64,000 nucleotides of DNA from assembly GCA_964291415.2 (NCBI GenBank), contig OZ219918.1, positions 32,001 through 96,000 on the forward strand. Direction: 5' to 3'. Below are positions 29,897 through 40,501 of this stretch, piece after piece (positions within the stretch are counted from its first letter, which is position 1; each line of letters opens with the position of its first letter). The position numbers and the translations under genes are program-made. Source of the stretch: Alphaproteobacteria bacterium. GTDB taxonomy: Bacteria; Pseudomonadota; Alphaproteobacteria; SP197. The notes under the pieces are model-generated. The model did not search any database, was not told where the DNA came from, and worked only from the letters and a program-made list of their open reading frames with translations.

Positions 29897-31111
29897 ATGG
29901 ACACCATCGCGCATTCCGGTCCCTGCACCATGTCCGCAGACCCGTTACGCATCAGCGGACTTTCCCGCGGCGGGCGCGGATTGATCCTGCGCTGGCGGGA
30001 CGGTTCGGAGAGTTTCTTTCACCACATCTGGCTTCGCGACTGCTGCCATTGCCCGACGTGCGGCGATTGCTATTCGAGCAACCGCTGGATGGTGCCGTGC
30101 GACGTTCCGCTGGATGTGCATCCCCGCGGCGTGCGGATCGATGCCCGCGGCGACCTCGTTGTGGAGTGGGAACCGGATGGCCATGTCTCCCGCTACACGG
30201 GCCGCTGGCTTCACGAGAACCGGTATGATGCTCCCGCAAGGGAGAATCGCCGCTTTCATCCGGTCCTGTGGGACAGCCAGACTCCCGGCCAGCCACCCGC
30301 ATTCGATTTTGCCGATGTGCGGGATTCGGACAGCAATCGTCTCGCCCTTTTCCGGGCATTGCGCGATTGTGGTTGCGCCTTCATCACGAATGGTCCGTGC
30401 CGGCCGGGAGCCGTCGAGGACGTGGCATCGCTGGTTGGCGGCCTCGGGGAGTCGGCCTACAGCCGGATCTTCGACCTGACGCCGAAGGCAAGCGTCCGCA
30501 CCGCCGGCAACACCACGAGACCGGTTCCGCCGCATACCGACGAGGCGTATCGCTATGCGCCTCCCGGGCTGATGATCCTTGGTTGCGTGCGCCAGGCGAG
30601 CGAGGGGGGCGACACCGTTCTTGTCGACGGCTTCCGGATTGCTGCGGCGCTGAAAGAGGAGGATCCGGATGCCTACTCTCTGCTGGTCCGGCATGAACAG
30701 AACTTCGTCCGGATACACGAAGGAACGCTGAACCAGCAGGTGCGTGCGCCGATGATCGCGCTCGACAGCCAGGGCGACGTCTGCGGCGTGAGAATTCACA
30801 CCCGGTCATCGGGTCCGCTGGATCTTCCCGCTGACCTCGTGGAGCCATACTACGCGGCCTACCACCATCTCACCCGGCTGATGATGGCGCCTGAATACCA
30901 GGTGCGCCGCGCCCTTCAACCCGGCGATTTCGTCATGTTCGACAACCACCGAACGCTGCATGCGCGCACGGGCTTTGCCGATACCGGGCGGCATTTCCAG
31001 ATCTGCAATGTTCCGCGCGAGACGCTCCACGAACGCCTGCGCCTGCTGGCGGCGGCTCAGGGCTGTGCCGGTGAGGCGCGGATGATGCTTCCGGCCGGCG
31101 CCATTCGCTGA
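29897..31111 (+). CDS. Gamma-butyrobetaine/trimethyllysine dioxygenase-like (TauD/TfdA with DUF971-like N-terminus)
   Basis: WLRDCCHCPTC, W..DGHVSRY, PHTD, FDNHRTLHAR. Confidence 0.88.
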   Translation: MDTIAHSGPCTMSADPLRISGLSRGGRGLILRWRDGSESFFHHIWLRDCCHCPTCGDCYSSNRWMVPCDVPLDVHPRGVRIDARGDLVVEWEPDGHVSRYTGRWLHENRYDAPARENRRFHPVLWDSQTPGQPPAFDFADVRDSDSNRLALFRALRDCGCAFITNGPCRPGAVEDVASLVGGLGESAYSRIFDLTPKASVRTAGNTTRPVPPHTDEAYRYAPPGLMILGCVRQASEGGDTVLVDGFRIAAALKEEDPDAYSLLVRHEQNFVRIHEGTLNQQVRAPMIALDSQGDVCGVRIHTRSSGPLDLPADLVEPYYAAYHHLTRLMMAPEYQVRRALQPGDFVMFDNHRTLHARTGFADTGRHFQICNVPRETLHERLRLLAAAQGCAGEARMMLPAGAIR

Positions 31112-31167
31112 AACTCGACCACCGGGATCGCCCTGCCGCCGCTCAGGGGATCGATCGTCCTTGCCAA

Positions 31168-32409
31168 TCAGGCATCGCAGCAACGCTGGCCTGGAACGGG
31201 TGATCCGGTCGGGTCCTGGACGGACCCTTCGAGCGACGTGCCGAGGAAACGGATGGCTTCGTCCACGCCGCCTTCACCGTGGTCCACCTTCAGCGCTGTC
31301 ATGGCGGTTTCGATCACCGAGAGTGTCCCGAGCACCATCGGGGCATTGACATGACCCATGTGGGCGATGCGAAAGGCACTGCCCGAGAGTTCGGGCCCGA
31401 TGCCGATGCCTATGGTGACGCCGCAGACATCACGGCAGAAGGCGATCAGGGGCGCCGGGTCGATACCGTTTGCGCGCACGGTGGTGACGGAGTTCGCGCG
31501 CTCGCCAGGCTCGGTGATGTTGAACTCGAGGGCATCTCCACGGCACCACCGGGCCACGGCTGTTCTGACCGTCTCGGCGAGCAGGCGGTGCCGTTCGATG
31601 ACGTTTGGAAGTCCCTCCTCGAAGAGCATCTTCAGGGATTCGTCCAGGCCGAAGAGGAGATGTTCGGGCGCCGTGCCGCAGTACTTCATGTAGTGCTCGG
31701 GCCCGTCGCGAAACTCCCAGTCCCAATAGTGGGTGACGAGGTCGGCGTGTGCGCGGCGTTCCCTGGCCCTGCTGCCGACACCGTTGAACCCCAGGCCCGG
31801 AGGGACCATCAGCCCCTTTTGCGATCCGGCCACCGCGACATCGACGCCCCAGGCGTCCATCTCGAAGGGCATGGAGCACAGTGAAGCAATGGTGTCGACC
31901 ATGAGAAGGGCGTCGTGGCCAGCCATGTCCATGGCTCCGCGAATCGCCGGAATGTCGTTGACGACGCCGGAGGCGGTGTCGATCTGCACCGTGAGAACCG
32001 CCTTGATGCTGTTCGCTGTGTCGTTGCGGAGCCTTTGTTCGAGGGCTTCCGCGTCAACAGCCCTTCGCGGACGTCCGGGCAGGACCTCGACCTCGAGCCC
32101 CAGCACTTCGGCCATGCCTCCCCAGGTGACGGCAAAGAGACCGCTCTCCAGGACGAGAACCTTGTCGCCTGCGCTCAGGCAGTTGGTGAGGGCCGCTTCC
32201 CAGGCGCCGTGACCGTTGGCGGCGTAGATGTAGGCCTGCCCCTCGGTTTTCAGCACCGCGCGCAGGCCTTCCAGGCAGTTCCGGGTGACCTCCAGCAACT
32301 CGCCGTCGTAGATGTCGACGGCCGGACGGTGCATGGCGGCAAGCACCCGGTCCGGGACGGTGGTGGGGCCTGGTATGCTCAGAAACTCGCGGCCGTTGCG
32401 AACGCGCAT
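31168..32409 (-). CDS. Class V aminotransferase (serine/alanine-glyoxylate type)
   Basis: IPGPT, VDTIASL, GSQKGLMVPPG, FRIAHMG. Confidence 0.92.
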   Translation of the reverse strand: MRVRNGREFLSIPGPTTVPDRVLAAMHRPAVDIYDGELLEVTRNCLEGLRAVLKTEGQAYIYAANGHGAWEAALTNCLSAGDKVLVLESGLFAVTWGGMAEVLGLEVEVLPGRPRRAVDAEALEQRLRNDTANSIKAVLTVQIDTASGVVNDIPAIRGAMDMAGHDALLMVDTIASLCSMPFEMDAWGVDVAVAGSQKGLMVPPGLGFNGVGSRARERRAHADLVTHYWDWEFRDGPEHYMKYCGTAPEHLLFGLDESLKMLFEEGLPNVIERHRLLAETVRTAVARWCRGDALEFNITEPGERANSVTTVRANGIDPAPLIAFCRDVCGVTIGIGIGPELSGSAFRIAHMGHVNAPMVLGTLSVIETAMTALKVDHGEGGVDEAIRFLGTSLEGSVQDPTGSPVPGQRCCDA

Positions 32410-32510
32410 GATGAGCCCCTCTCCGTTCGAGAACGCTGCGGGCGAACGCCGAGCCTATCATGGCCTCCCGGAGAGGTCAGGATGGTGCCGCGAGGGGGCT
32501 AACGGCCGGT

Positions 32511-33302
32511 CTATTCCGGAGCCGGAAGGAGTTCCCGAAACTGTCGAATGTTCCGAGCTTCGTTTCCCTCCACCTGCTCGAGATGCCCGGACCTCACGAT
32601 GAAGTAGAACGTTTCCTCGTGCATGCACCCCGAGGGGCAGTCGCCCCAGGCGTTGCGCATCGCCACATGCCACGTATCACCATCCTTGGCCGCCAGGATG
32701 TCGGGGCCGTCTCCCAGAAACCAGTCGAGCTCCACGTCCCGGACACCGTCGATGGCCGCATAAGCCTCCCGGGCTGCACGCATGTTGACGAGCTTGCTGC
32801 AAGACACGATGACCATGGAGGAACGAGGATAGGCCTTGGCCCTGTGAAGGCCGATCCCGGCATTGAGTTCATCGAAGGCCGCATGACCGGTCCGCGGCAG
32901 GGGCTCACCAGTCCCGTTCTGCCAGCGCTCGATGACGGCATCGAGAAGGTCGCCTTCCAGATGGAGAATGAACCGGGCAGGCGCGTACCGCCGCCGAGCG
33001 GAAATCTCGTTCATGCGAGGATGACGATTCCGGATCTGCGTCAGGACGAGATCGATTGTCCGGCCCAGTTCCTGAAGCCTCGGATTGTCCATCATCAAGT
33101 CATCGGTCATCGCCTGGTGAAGGCGTGTGGCCAGAATCATCGCGTCTTCGGACACGCCCGTGTCGAATGAAGAGACGGCGATCTGGGAGGAATCATCCGA
33201 GCCGATGGCCAAAGCAACAAAGGGAAAACCGCCAGGCGTGGCAAGACCCGCAACGCTGCCTGCGATAAACGCCAGCAATGTCACGAGACGCAATTGATGC
33301 AT
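32511..33302 (-). CDS. Hypothetical exported protein with WGDCPSGC motif
   Basis: Hydrophobic N-terminal segment; C-terminal AWGDCPSGCMHEETFYF; start uncertain. Confidence 0.55.
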   Translation of the reverse strand: MHQLRLVTLLAFIAGSVAGLATPGGFPFVALAIGSDDSSQIAVSSFDTGVSEDAMILATRLHQAMTDDLMMDNPRLQELGRTIDLVLTQIRNRHPRMNEISARRRYAPARFILHLEGDLLDAVIERWQNGTGEPLPRTGHAAFDELNAGIGLHRAKAYPRSSMVIVSCSKLVNMRAAREAYAAIDGVRDVELDWFLGDGPDILAAKDGDTWHVAMRNAWGDCPSGCMHEETFYFIVRSGHLEQVEGNEARNIRQFRELLPAPE

Positions 33303-33642
33303 CCACCGCGCATGCGCAGGGAAACGACGCACCTGCAAGGCTGGATCATTGTGCTGCACGTGATTGCGTTGCCTCCCCTGCAGGGCCAGGAGGCCCTGTC
33401 CTGTATCGACACGACACCCGGGGGAAGCACTGTACGGCATGTGAGCCAAAGCCTTGAGGGATCGTTCGACACCAGGAGAAATCCCGGAAAGCAGAACGAC
33501 CGGAGTTGAAGCTGCCGGTCAACGGCCTGCCGGAGACCATTGCGGAGCGTGAATTGAACTCGTTGGCCGTGGCGTCGATAGTACCGCGGCGTTTCAGACA
33601 GCCTGGGGATGCGGCCATGAGTGTACGCCCGGACCAGCGGTA

Positions 33643-35367
33643 ATGGTCTCCGGAACGGGTCTCATCGTACGCATTGTCTCGGTCACGGTGCTCGGGCTTG
33701 TGACGGGGGTGCTGGCGTCGCTGGCAACCGTCGTCTTTCTCCAGGCCATCGAACTGATGAACGACTGGTTCCTCATTTCGTCGGACAGACGGGCCGCGGC
33801 CGCGGGCACCGACTGGCTCGTCGTCGCTACCATCGCCGTGCCTGCGCTCGGTGGCCTCGTGGTCGGGCTGGTCACCCGGAAGATTCCGGGGAAGAGAGCA
33901 GGCGGGCCCCAGGATGTCATCGAGGCAGTGCATGTCACCGACAGCCGGATGGCGCCCCGGTCGGGTTTCCTGTCGGCCGCGGCAAGCCTGCTGTCTCTCG
34001 GAACGGGCGCCTCGGTCGGACACTACGGCCCCCTGGTCCATCTCGGGGCCACCTTGGGGTCTCTCGTCGGTTTCAACGGCGCGGTGAGTACGTGGACGAT
34101 CAGGGTGGGGGTCGCCTGTGGTGTGGCGTCCGCCATCGCAGCGGCGTTCAATGCGCCCATCGCCGGGATCATCTTCGCTCACGAGGTGATTCTCCGGCAC
34201 TATTCCCTGCGCGCCTTTGCTCCGGTCACCGTGGCGGCCACGGCAAGCCACGTCATCGTGACGGTCGTCTTTGCCCACCCGCCTCTCTTCGAGGTGGCTC
34301 CCGTCAGCATCGGTCATGTGGGCGAATACCCGGGCTTCATCATCATCGGCATCCTCGCCGCCCTTGTCGCCGTCGCCTACATGAGGGCGATTCTCGTCAG
34401 CCAGACGCTCGGAGAGCGCCTGCCGATCCCTTCCTGTCTCAAGCCCATGGCGGCGGGTGCGGTTCTGGGCATCGCCGCCCTGTGGCTTCCCGGGATCCTG
34501 GGAACCGGAACGGACACCATGAGGCTGGCCGTCGTCGACGGCGCCTTCGGTTCAACCGAACTGGCCACGCTTCTCGTTGCCAAGATCCTGGCGACGGCGC
34601 TGTGCCTGGGGTGCGGTTTCGCCGGAGGCGTCTTCAGCCCGGCCCTGTTCGTCGGCATCTTCTTTGGCGCCCTTGCCGGCGATGCCGCCTTCCTGGTGTT
34701 CGGAGACCTTCGCTCCGATGTCTCCGTCTACGCGATCTGCGGCATGATGGCGGTGGCCAGCGCCGTCATCGGTGCGCCACTTGCCACGATCCTCATCGTC
34801 TTCGAACTGACACGCAACTATGACCTCACCACGGCAACCATGGTGAGCGTGGTCTTCTCCAATGTCGTCTGCTACCGGATGTTCGGCCGGTCCATCTTCG
34901 ACGTCCAGTTGCGCCAGCGCGGGTTCGACCTGTCACTCGGCCGTGATCAGGTGATGGCCGGCAACATGCTGATCGACCCCCATGTCAGCCGCGACTTCAC
35001 GGCACTCGAACCCGACACGACGCCCGAAGCGGCCATGGCACGCCTCGTCGAGACCCATCATCACGAGGCCTATGTGCTCGATGGTCGCGGAATCATCGTC
35101 GGCAGGGTGAGATTTGATGATCTGGTTGAAAGTTCCAGGCAGGCGACGACCATCGCCGAACTCGTGCTTCCGACCGGGCTCGTGCTCACGGCGGGCATGT
35201 CCATTCGCGACGCCATGGAACGTATCCGCCGGACAGGTGACGCCAGCATTCCGGTGGTGACGGCCGACGAGCCGGCCGCCATGCTCGGCACCGTGACGGA
35301 AGCGGATCTCGCCAGGGCCTTTCTCGACATGGCGAGCGGGATCCGCCGGGAAGAACACGCTTCGTGA
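33643..35367 (+). CDS. ClC chloride channel family protein with CBS domains
   Basis: GASVGHYGP, AAAFNAPIAG, GGVFSPALF; CBS pair at C-terminus. Confidence 0.92.
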   Translation: MVSGTGLIVRIVSVTVLGLVTGVLASLATVVFLQAIELMNDWFLISSDRRAAAAGTDWLVVATIAVPALGGLVVGLVTRKIPGKRAGGPQDVIEAVHVTDSRMAPRSGFLSAAASLLSLGTGASVGHYGPLVHLGATLGSLVGFNGAVSTWTIRVGVACGVASAIAAAFNAPIAGIIFAHEVILRHYSLRAFAPVTVAATASHVIVTVVFAHPPLFEVAPVSIGHVGEYPGFIIIGILAALVAVAYMRAILVSQTLGERLPIPSCLKPMAAGAVLGIAALWLPGILGTGTDTMRLAVVDGAFGSTELATLLVAKILATALCLGCGFAGGVFSPALFVGIFFGALAGDAAFLVFGDLRSDVSVYAICGMMAVASAVIGAPLATILIVFELTRNYDLTTATMVSVVFSNVVCYRMFGRSIFDVQLRQRGFDLSLGRDQVMAGNMLIDPHVSRDFTALEPDTTPEAAMARLVETHHHEAYVLDGRGIIVGRVRFDDLVESSRQATTIAELVLPTGLVLTAGMSIRDAMERIRRTGDASIPVVTADEPAAMLGTVTEADLARAFLDMASGIRREEHAS

Positions 35368-35407
35368 GACAACGGCATGCCGTCCGCGCGGTCTCGCGTG
35401 TCCAGAG

Positions 35408-36436
35408 TCAACACCTGGACATGTCGGCGGGCGACAGGTCCTCGCCGTATGCCGATCTGAGGTCGTCATAGTAGAGCCTCAGGCCCCGTGAGATCGGGTA
35501 GGGCTGCGGCATGTCGAGCCAGGCGCGCAGCATAAGGCGCCCGCGGCCCTCTCCAGGGTCATCCGTGAAGGCGTTTCGGGCGTGCAGCGTGTTGTAGTTG
35601 TTGATGAAGTAGGCCTCCCCCTCGTTCAGAGCGAGTGTCAGGACGATGTCCTCGCGTTCGCACGTGCGGGTGAAGAGGTCGAGGGCTTCCTCCGCGGCGC
35701 CGGTCAGCAAGGTGCCGGCAAGCTCCGCCGCCTCGCGGATCTGGGGAGGCAGGTGGCAGACCGAGATCCGCCCGTCGTTCCAGGAGAGGACCGGAACGTC
35801 GTAGTCGCTGTAGCCCTTGGTGGGCCGGTCAGGAGGTTCTTCCCCCCAGCCGACCGGAAACCCCTTCAGGAGCGGCTCGAGAAGGTCGGCCCGGGACGCC
35901 CGGATTTCGTCGTGGATGGTGAACGCGCTCGCCAGCCTCGATTCTCCGCCCTCGCTGGCTCTGCGTACGCACAGCATGCCGAGAACGGCTTCCATGTCGG
36001 TATGCAGGACCTGCCGGCCAGCCCTCTCGTAGCCTCTGAGTTCAAGGATCCGCTCCGGGCGGTAGGCGACGAAGCCGATGCGCTCCCGCCGCTTGCTCTG
36101 GCTGAGCAAGCGGCCCATGCGGCAGCAGAATGCACGGTACACGAGTGCGATGGTGTGCTCGTCGTGGTCCCTGACCGGGAAGCCGCGCACGACGGCCATG
36201 CCGCGGCCATCCATCAGTTCAGTCGCGAGGCCACTCATGATCCCGTCCAGACCGGTCAGACATACGTCCTCGCGGCAGACAGGGTCGGGCAGGGTCCCGC
36301 CGCCGTCGCGCCATGGGGCGATGGCGGCTTCAAGGATGGCGATGTCGCGACCGGTGAGGTCCACGCAGAGTTCGTCCGGCGAAGCAAAGTCATCCGGCCG
36401 CCAGGCAGAAGGGTGACGCGTGTCAGTGCCGTTCAT
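35408..36436 (-). CDS. TauD/TfdA family dioxygenase
   Basis: LHTD, EGGES, NNYNTLHARNAF, RLMLRAWL. Confidence 0.88.
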   Translation of the reverse strand: MNGTDTRHPSAWRPDDFASPDELCVDLTGRDIAILEAAIAPWRDGGGTLPDPVCREDVCLTGLDGIMSGLATELMDGRGMAVVRGFPVRDHDEHTIALVYRAFCCRMGRLLSQSKRRERIGFVAYRPERILELRGYERAGRQVLHTDMEAVLGMLCVRRASEGGESRLASAFTIHDEIRASRADLLEPLLKGFPVGWGEEPPDRPTKGYSDYDVPVLSWNDGRISVCHLPPQIREAAELAGTLLTGAAEEALDLFTRTCEREDIVLTLALNEGEAYFINNYNTLHARNAFTDDPGEGRGRLMLRAWLDMPQPYPISRGLRLYYDDLRSAYGEDLSPADMSRC

Positions 36437-36483
36437 GTCCGGTTCCCGGATGACAGGGGGCCATCGTCCGGCGGAGGACGGGG

Positions 36484-38274
36484 TCAGGGCGGTTCATGCC
36501 ACCAGGCCCAGATGTCGCTGCCGTAAAGTACCGGTCGTTGCGGCCGCCTGAGCGAAGACCAGTAGGCCACGAGATCCTCCGTGCGATGGTAGAGGGGAAG
36601 GACATGGCGGCCCCACATCAGGACGCGGTCGAGTGCCCGGGCGGCGGCTTCGAGGTCTTCCCTTGATCGGGCGTCCGAGAGAGACGAGATGATCGAATCA
36701 AGCACCGGACTGCGGATGCCGGCGTAGTTCCGGCTTCCCTCGTCATCCGCTGCATTGCTTCCCCAATAGATCCACTGCTCATTGCCCGGTGACAGCGAGA
36801 CACCCCAGCGCCAGACGAGGGCGTCAAAGTCGAACTGCCGCATGCGGTTGCGGTGCTGCGCGGCATCGACCGTCCGCATGACCGGACGAATGCCGAGACG
36901 CTCGAGGTTGGCGAACCAGGCAAGGAAGATCCGTTCCTCCCGGGGGTCGTTGAGCAGCAGTTCAAAGGTGAGCGGCTCACCCGTCGCTTCACTGACCAGG
37001 ACACCGTCGCGCAGGACGTAACCCGCCTCCTGCAGCAGGCGGGTCGCCTCCTTCAGGCGCTGGCGCAGGGTGCCTTCGGCCGGTGACCAGGGCTCTTCGA
37101 ATACGATGGATTCCAGTTGGTCCCGCCACGGTTCGAGAAGGGCGCGTTCCCCTCCCGCTGCGACGCCACGTGCCCGGAGTGTGGAGCTGTCGAAGAGACT
37201 TGTCGTGCGCGTGTACTGGCCGTGGAGCAGGTTCTCGTTGATCCAGTCGAAATCAAGGGCGAGCCCCAGGGCGTCGCGCACCCGGACATCGTCGAATGGC
37301 GCCCTTCTGTGGTTCCACGCGACGGCGTAGAGACCTGACGGGCGCCCACTTGCAACGGAGGCCATGATGATGCGGCCGTCGTCACGCGCCGGGACATCAT
37401 AGCCGGTGACCCAGCGCCTGCTGTCGCCCTCGAAGCGTATGTTGGCATCGCCGGCCAGGAACGCCTGGTGCGCGACGTTGGAATCCCGGTACCAGGTGTA
37501 CGTGATCGTGTCGAAATTGTAGCGGCCGACGCTTTGCGGCAGGTCACGGCCCCAGTAGTCCGGATCACGCCGGTAGATGACGCGATGTCCCGGATCGATG
37601 GTGTCGACCCGATAGGGGCCTGTCCCGACCGGGATCTCGAGGCTGGTCCCGGTGAATGCCACGGTCTCGAAGTACCTCTTCGAAAGGACCGGCATGAGAC
37701 CCAGGAGAAGGGGAAGTTCCCAGTTGTCCCCCCTGAGATCGAAGGAAACGGCAAGCGGGCCAAGTTTGCGGGCGCTCGTGACACCCGAGAAATAGGTCTG
37801 CGTGTGGGGACGGCCGTCGTTGAGCAGGGCGTCGAAGGTGAAGAGCACGTCATCGGCCGTCACTTGCGTTCCATCATGGAAACGGGCGCGCGGATCCAGG
37901 TGGAAGACGATTCTCGTCCGGTCATCGGCGATGTCGATGGCCCGTGCCACCTGAGGGTAGAGCGTGAACGGCTCGTCGGGAGATCGATAGAGCAGCGACT
38001 GAAAGACAAGCGCCTTGAGGCCGCTCGCGGGAAGTCCCTGGATGATGTAGGGATTCATGCTGTCGAACGTGCCGACGACGGCAAGGCTCAGGTCCCCGCC
38101 CTTGCGCGCCTCCGGATCGACCCAGGGAAGGTGGGCCCGAGGGCCGTCGGGAAAGACCTCGTCGCCGTGCATCGAGAGGGCGTAAACCTCTTCTGCGCCC
38201 GCAGGCGCGATGGCGGGGCCGGAAAGGAGCGCGATCGCTGTGGTGACAAGCGCTCCTGCGAGAAGGCGGTGCAT
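36484..38274 (-). CDS. ABC transporter substrate-binding protein (family 5, YejA/AppA-like)
   Basis: ALSMHG, GTFDSMNPY, ARFHDG, GTGPY, SPGNEQ; signal peptide. Confidence 0.9.
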   Translation of the reverse strand: MHRLLAGALVTTAIALLSGPAIAPAGAEEVYALSMHGDEVFPDGPRAHLPWVDPEARKGGDLSLAVVGTFDSMNPYIIQGLPASGLKALVFQSLLYRSPDEPFTLYPQVARAIDIADDRTRIVFHLDPRARFHDGTQVTADDVLFTFDALLNDGRPHTQTYFSGVTSARKLGPLAVSFDLRGDNWELPLLLGLMPVLSKRYFETVAFTGTSLEIPVGTGPYRVDTIDPGHRVIYRRDPDYWGRDLPQSVGRYNFDTITYTWYRDSNVAHQAFLAGDANIRFEGDSRRWVTGYDVPARDDGRIIMASVASGRPSGLYAVAWNHRRAPFDDVRVRDALGLALDFDWINENLLHGQYTRTTSLFDSSTLRARGVAAGGERALLEPWRDQLESIVFEEPWSPAEGTLRQRLKEATRLLQEAGYVLRDGVLVSEATGEPLTFELLLNDPREERIFLAWFANLERLGIRPVMRTVDAAQHRNRMRQFDFDALVWRWGVSLSPGNEQWIYWGSNAADDEGSRNYAGIRSPVLDSIISSLSDARSREDLEAAARALDRVLMWGRHVLPLYHRTEDLVAYWSSLRRPQRPVLYGSDIWAWWHEPP

Positions 38275-38445
38275 GGCAGGCTCGGTCTGGCTGTCCGAAT
38301 CGTCATCAACGGCGCCGTCGACGCAACAGGTTTCTGGGCGGCGAACGACATGTGTGCCGCGGGGCCGATGGCCTGGCGCTTCGCTCATCAACCTATCGCA
38401 GATATGTGTACAGCCGAACGGGACTTCGAACTGCAGGGAGGAAGC

Positions 38446-38673
38446 ATGACGGAACGTAGCGCTCTGCTTGGGCGCATCACGGCTCGCCCCGATGTCCTCG
38501 GCGGCAAACCCATCATCCGTGACATGCGGATCCCGGTGGAACTCGTCCTGAGCCTGCTGGCTCAGGGCGTGACGCCGGAAGACATCCTGGACGATTATCC
38601 CGACCTGGAGCTGGAAGATATCCGCGCCTGCCTGACCTACGCACACGCGGTCATCGCCAGCGACATCCAGTAG
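38446..38673 (+). CDS. DUF433 domain protein
   Basis: RITARPDVLGGKPIIRDMRIPVE..EDILDDYPDLELEDIRACLTYA; GGAGG RBS. Confidence 0.9.
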   Translation: MTERSALLGRITARPDVLGGKPIIRDMRIPVELVLSLLAQGVTPEDILDDYPDLELEDIRACLTYAHAVIASDIQ

Positions 38674-38835
38674 GTCGCGACCGTCGCCGAACCATGCGAC
38701 TCCTTGATGATCGGTGCGCCGGCTGACTCCTTGCCACCACGAGGCAAGACGCGCCAGCGGACATGTTTCCGCTCTGTGGGGACTGTGCCACAGTACCAAC
38801 ATGGAAGACCCATCCAACAGGAGGACCATGACGCG

Positions 38836-39930
38836 ATGAAAAGAAGAACATTCATCCGGACAGCCGCCACGGCGGCGCTCGGCGCCGCTGCCGCGCCCCT
38901 CGCGGCTCCGGCCGTCGCCCAGGGGATCACCCAGTGGACCATGGTGACGGCCTGGCCAAGAAACCTGCCGGGCCCGGGTGTGGCCGCGCAGATGCTGGCT
39001 GACAGGATCACGGAGCTGAGCGGCGGCAGGCTGACCGTCGAACTTCATGCCGCAGGCGAACTCGTGCCGGGACGCGGTGTCTTCGATGCGGTGTCGGAGG
39101 GCACCGCCGACCTCTACCACGCCGTGCCCGCCTACTGGGGTTCGAAGTCGAAGGGCATCCTGCTCTTCGGGTCGCAGCCATTCGGCCTGCGTGCCGACGA
39201 GCAGGTGGGCTGGCTCGTCCACGGCCAGGGCCAGTCGCTCTATGACGAGATGTACGCCCGGTTCAATCTCAAGCCCTTCCTTGCCGGCAACTCCGGTCCG
39301 CAGTGGGCGGGTTGGTTTCGTGACGAGATCGGGTCCGTCGACGACCTTCGCGGTCTGCGCTACCGCACCACCGGCCTTGCCTCCGAGATGTGTGCGAAGC
39401 TCGGTATGGCGGTCCAGGCCATGGGCGGCAGGGACATGTTCCAGGCGATGCAGTCGGGCGCCCTCGATGCCGGCGAATTCGTCGGTCCGTGGACGGACTC
39501 GGCCCTTGGATACTACCAGATCGCCCGGAACTACTACTGGCCGGGTGTGGGCGAGCCCTCCTCGGCCGAGGAGTGCGTCATCAACCTCGAGTCTTACAAC
39601 GCACTCGAGCCCGGCCTGCAGCTCGCCGTCGAGGCGGCGTGCAAGTCGCTCTACAACGATGTCTGGACGGAGTATCTCACGAAGCACGCCCTGGCGCTCG
39701 AGAGCCTCGTGAACGACCACGGCGTGGTGCCGCGAATGCTTCCCGAAAGCGTGATCGTCGCGATGGGTAACGCCGCCGGGGAGGTCATGGCCGAACTGCG
39801 CGACGACCAGGATGATCTCGTGCGGCGTATCGTCGAGAGCTTTCTCGCCTACAGGGAGAGCGTGGCAGCGTACATGGTTCATGCCGACAACGCGCAGATG
39901 AACGCGCGCGCTCTCGACTACACCTACTGA
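38836..39930 (+). CDS. TRAP transporter substrate-binding protein (TakP-like, Tat signal)
   Basis: MKRRTF twin-arginine leader, AAPAVAQ, GNSGPQWAGWF. Confidence 0.92.
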   Translation: MKRRTFIRTAATAALGAAAAPLAAPAVAQGITQWTMVTAWPRNLPGPGVAAQMLADRITELSGGRLTVELHAAGELVPGRGVFDAVSEGTADLYHAVPAYWGSKSKGILLFGSQPFGLRADEQVGWLVHGQGQSLYDEMYARFNLKPFLAGNSGPQWAGWFRDEIGSVDDLRGLRYRTTGLASEMCAKLGMAVQAMGGRDMFQAMQSGALDAGEFVGPWTDSALGYYQIARNYYWPGVGEPSSAEECVINLESYNALEPGLQLAVEAACKSLYNDVWTEYLTKHALALESLVNDHGVVPRMLPESVIVAMGNAAGEVMAELRDDQDDLVRRIVESFLAYRESVAAYMVHADNAQMNARALDYTY

Positions 39931-39982
39931 CGGCCCAGGCAACCGGACGCCATCGGGCGTCCGGTTGCCGATCCGGGACGCC

Positions 39983-40501
39983 ATGGAAGCTCTCGCCGAT
40001 CTCCTCGACCGGATCAACAGGACCACGGGTCTCGTCATCCGATGGTGCGCGGTGGCCATGGTGGCTCTTCAGTTTGTCATCGTCCTGCTGCGCTATGTCT
40101 TCGGCATCAGCTTCATCTTCCTCGACGAGGGCGTTCTCTATCTTCACTGCATGATCTTCATGCTCGGCGCGGGTTACACGCTCCTCGTCAACGGTCATGT
40201 CCGCGTCGACATCTTCTATTCCCGCCTGTCGCTCTCAGGCCGGGCGCGCATCGATGTTCTTGGCGCCATGCTCGCCCTGTTGCCCGGTGTCGCCGCCATT
40301 GCCTGGTTCACGCTGCCCTTCGTGGCGAACAGCTGGAAGAATCTCGACGGCGCGATCTCGGTTGGCGGCATTCCGGCGACGTTCCTGCTCAAGACGCTGA
40401 TCCCCGCCTTTTGCGTCCTGCTCTTCCTGCAGGGTCTGTCCTGTCTTCTGCGTGATGTCCTCCGATTGCGCCTCGGGGGCAGCAAGGCGAGGACCGGGTG
40501 A
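39983..40501 (+). CDS. TRAP transporter small permease (DctQ)
   Basis: HVRVDIFY; four TM helices. Confidence 0.92.
   Translation: MEALADLLDRINRTTGLVIRWCAVAMVALQFVIVLLRYVFGISFIFLDEGVLYLHCMIFMLGAGYTLLVNGHVRVDIFYSRLSLSGRARIDVLGAMLALLPGVAAIAWFTLPFVANSWKNLDGAISVGGIPATFLLKTLIPAFCVLLFLQGLSCLLRDVLRLRLGGSKARTG

Noticed and set aside
38275-40059. N-terminal extension making a 1191-aa ABC binding protein
   Set aside because: It overlaps the + strand DUF433 and TRAP genes; the real protein starts at the signal peptide at 38274.
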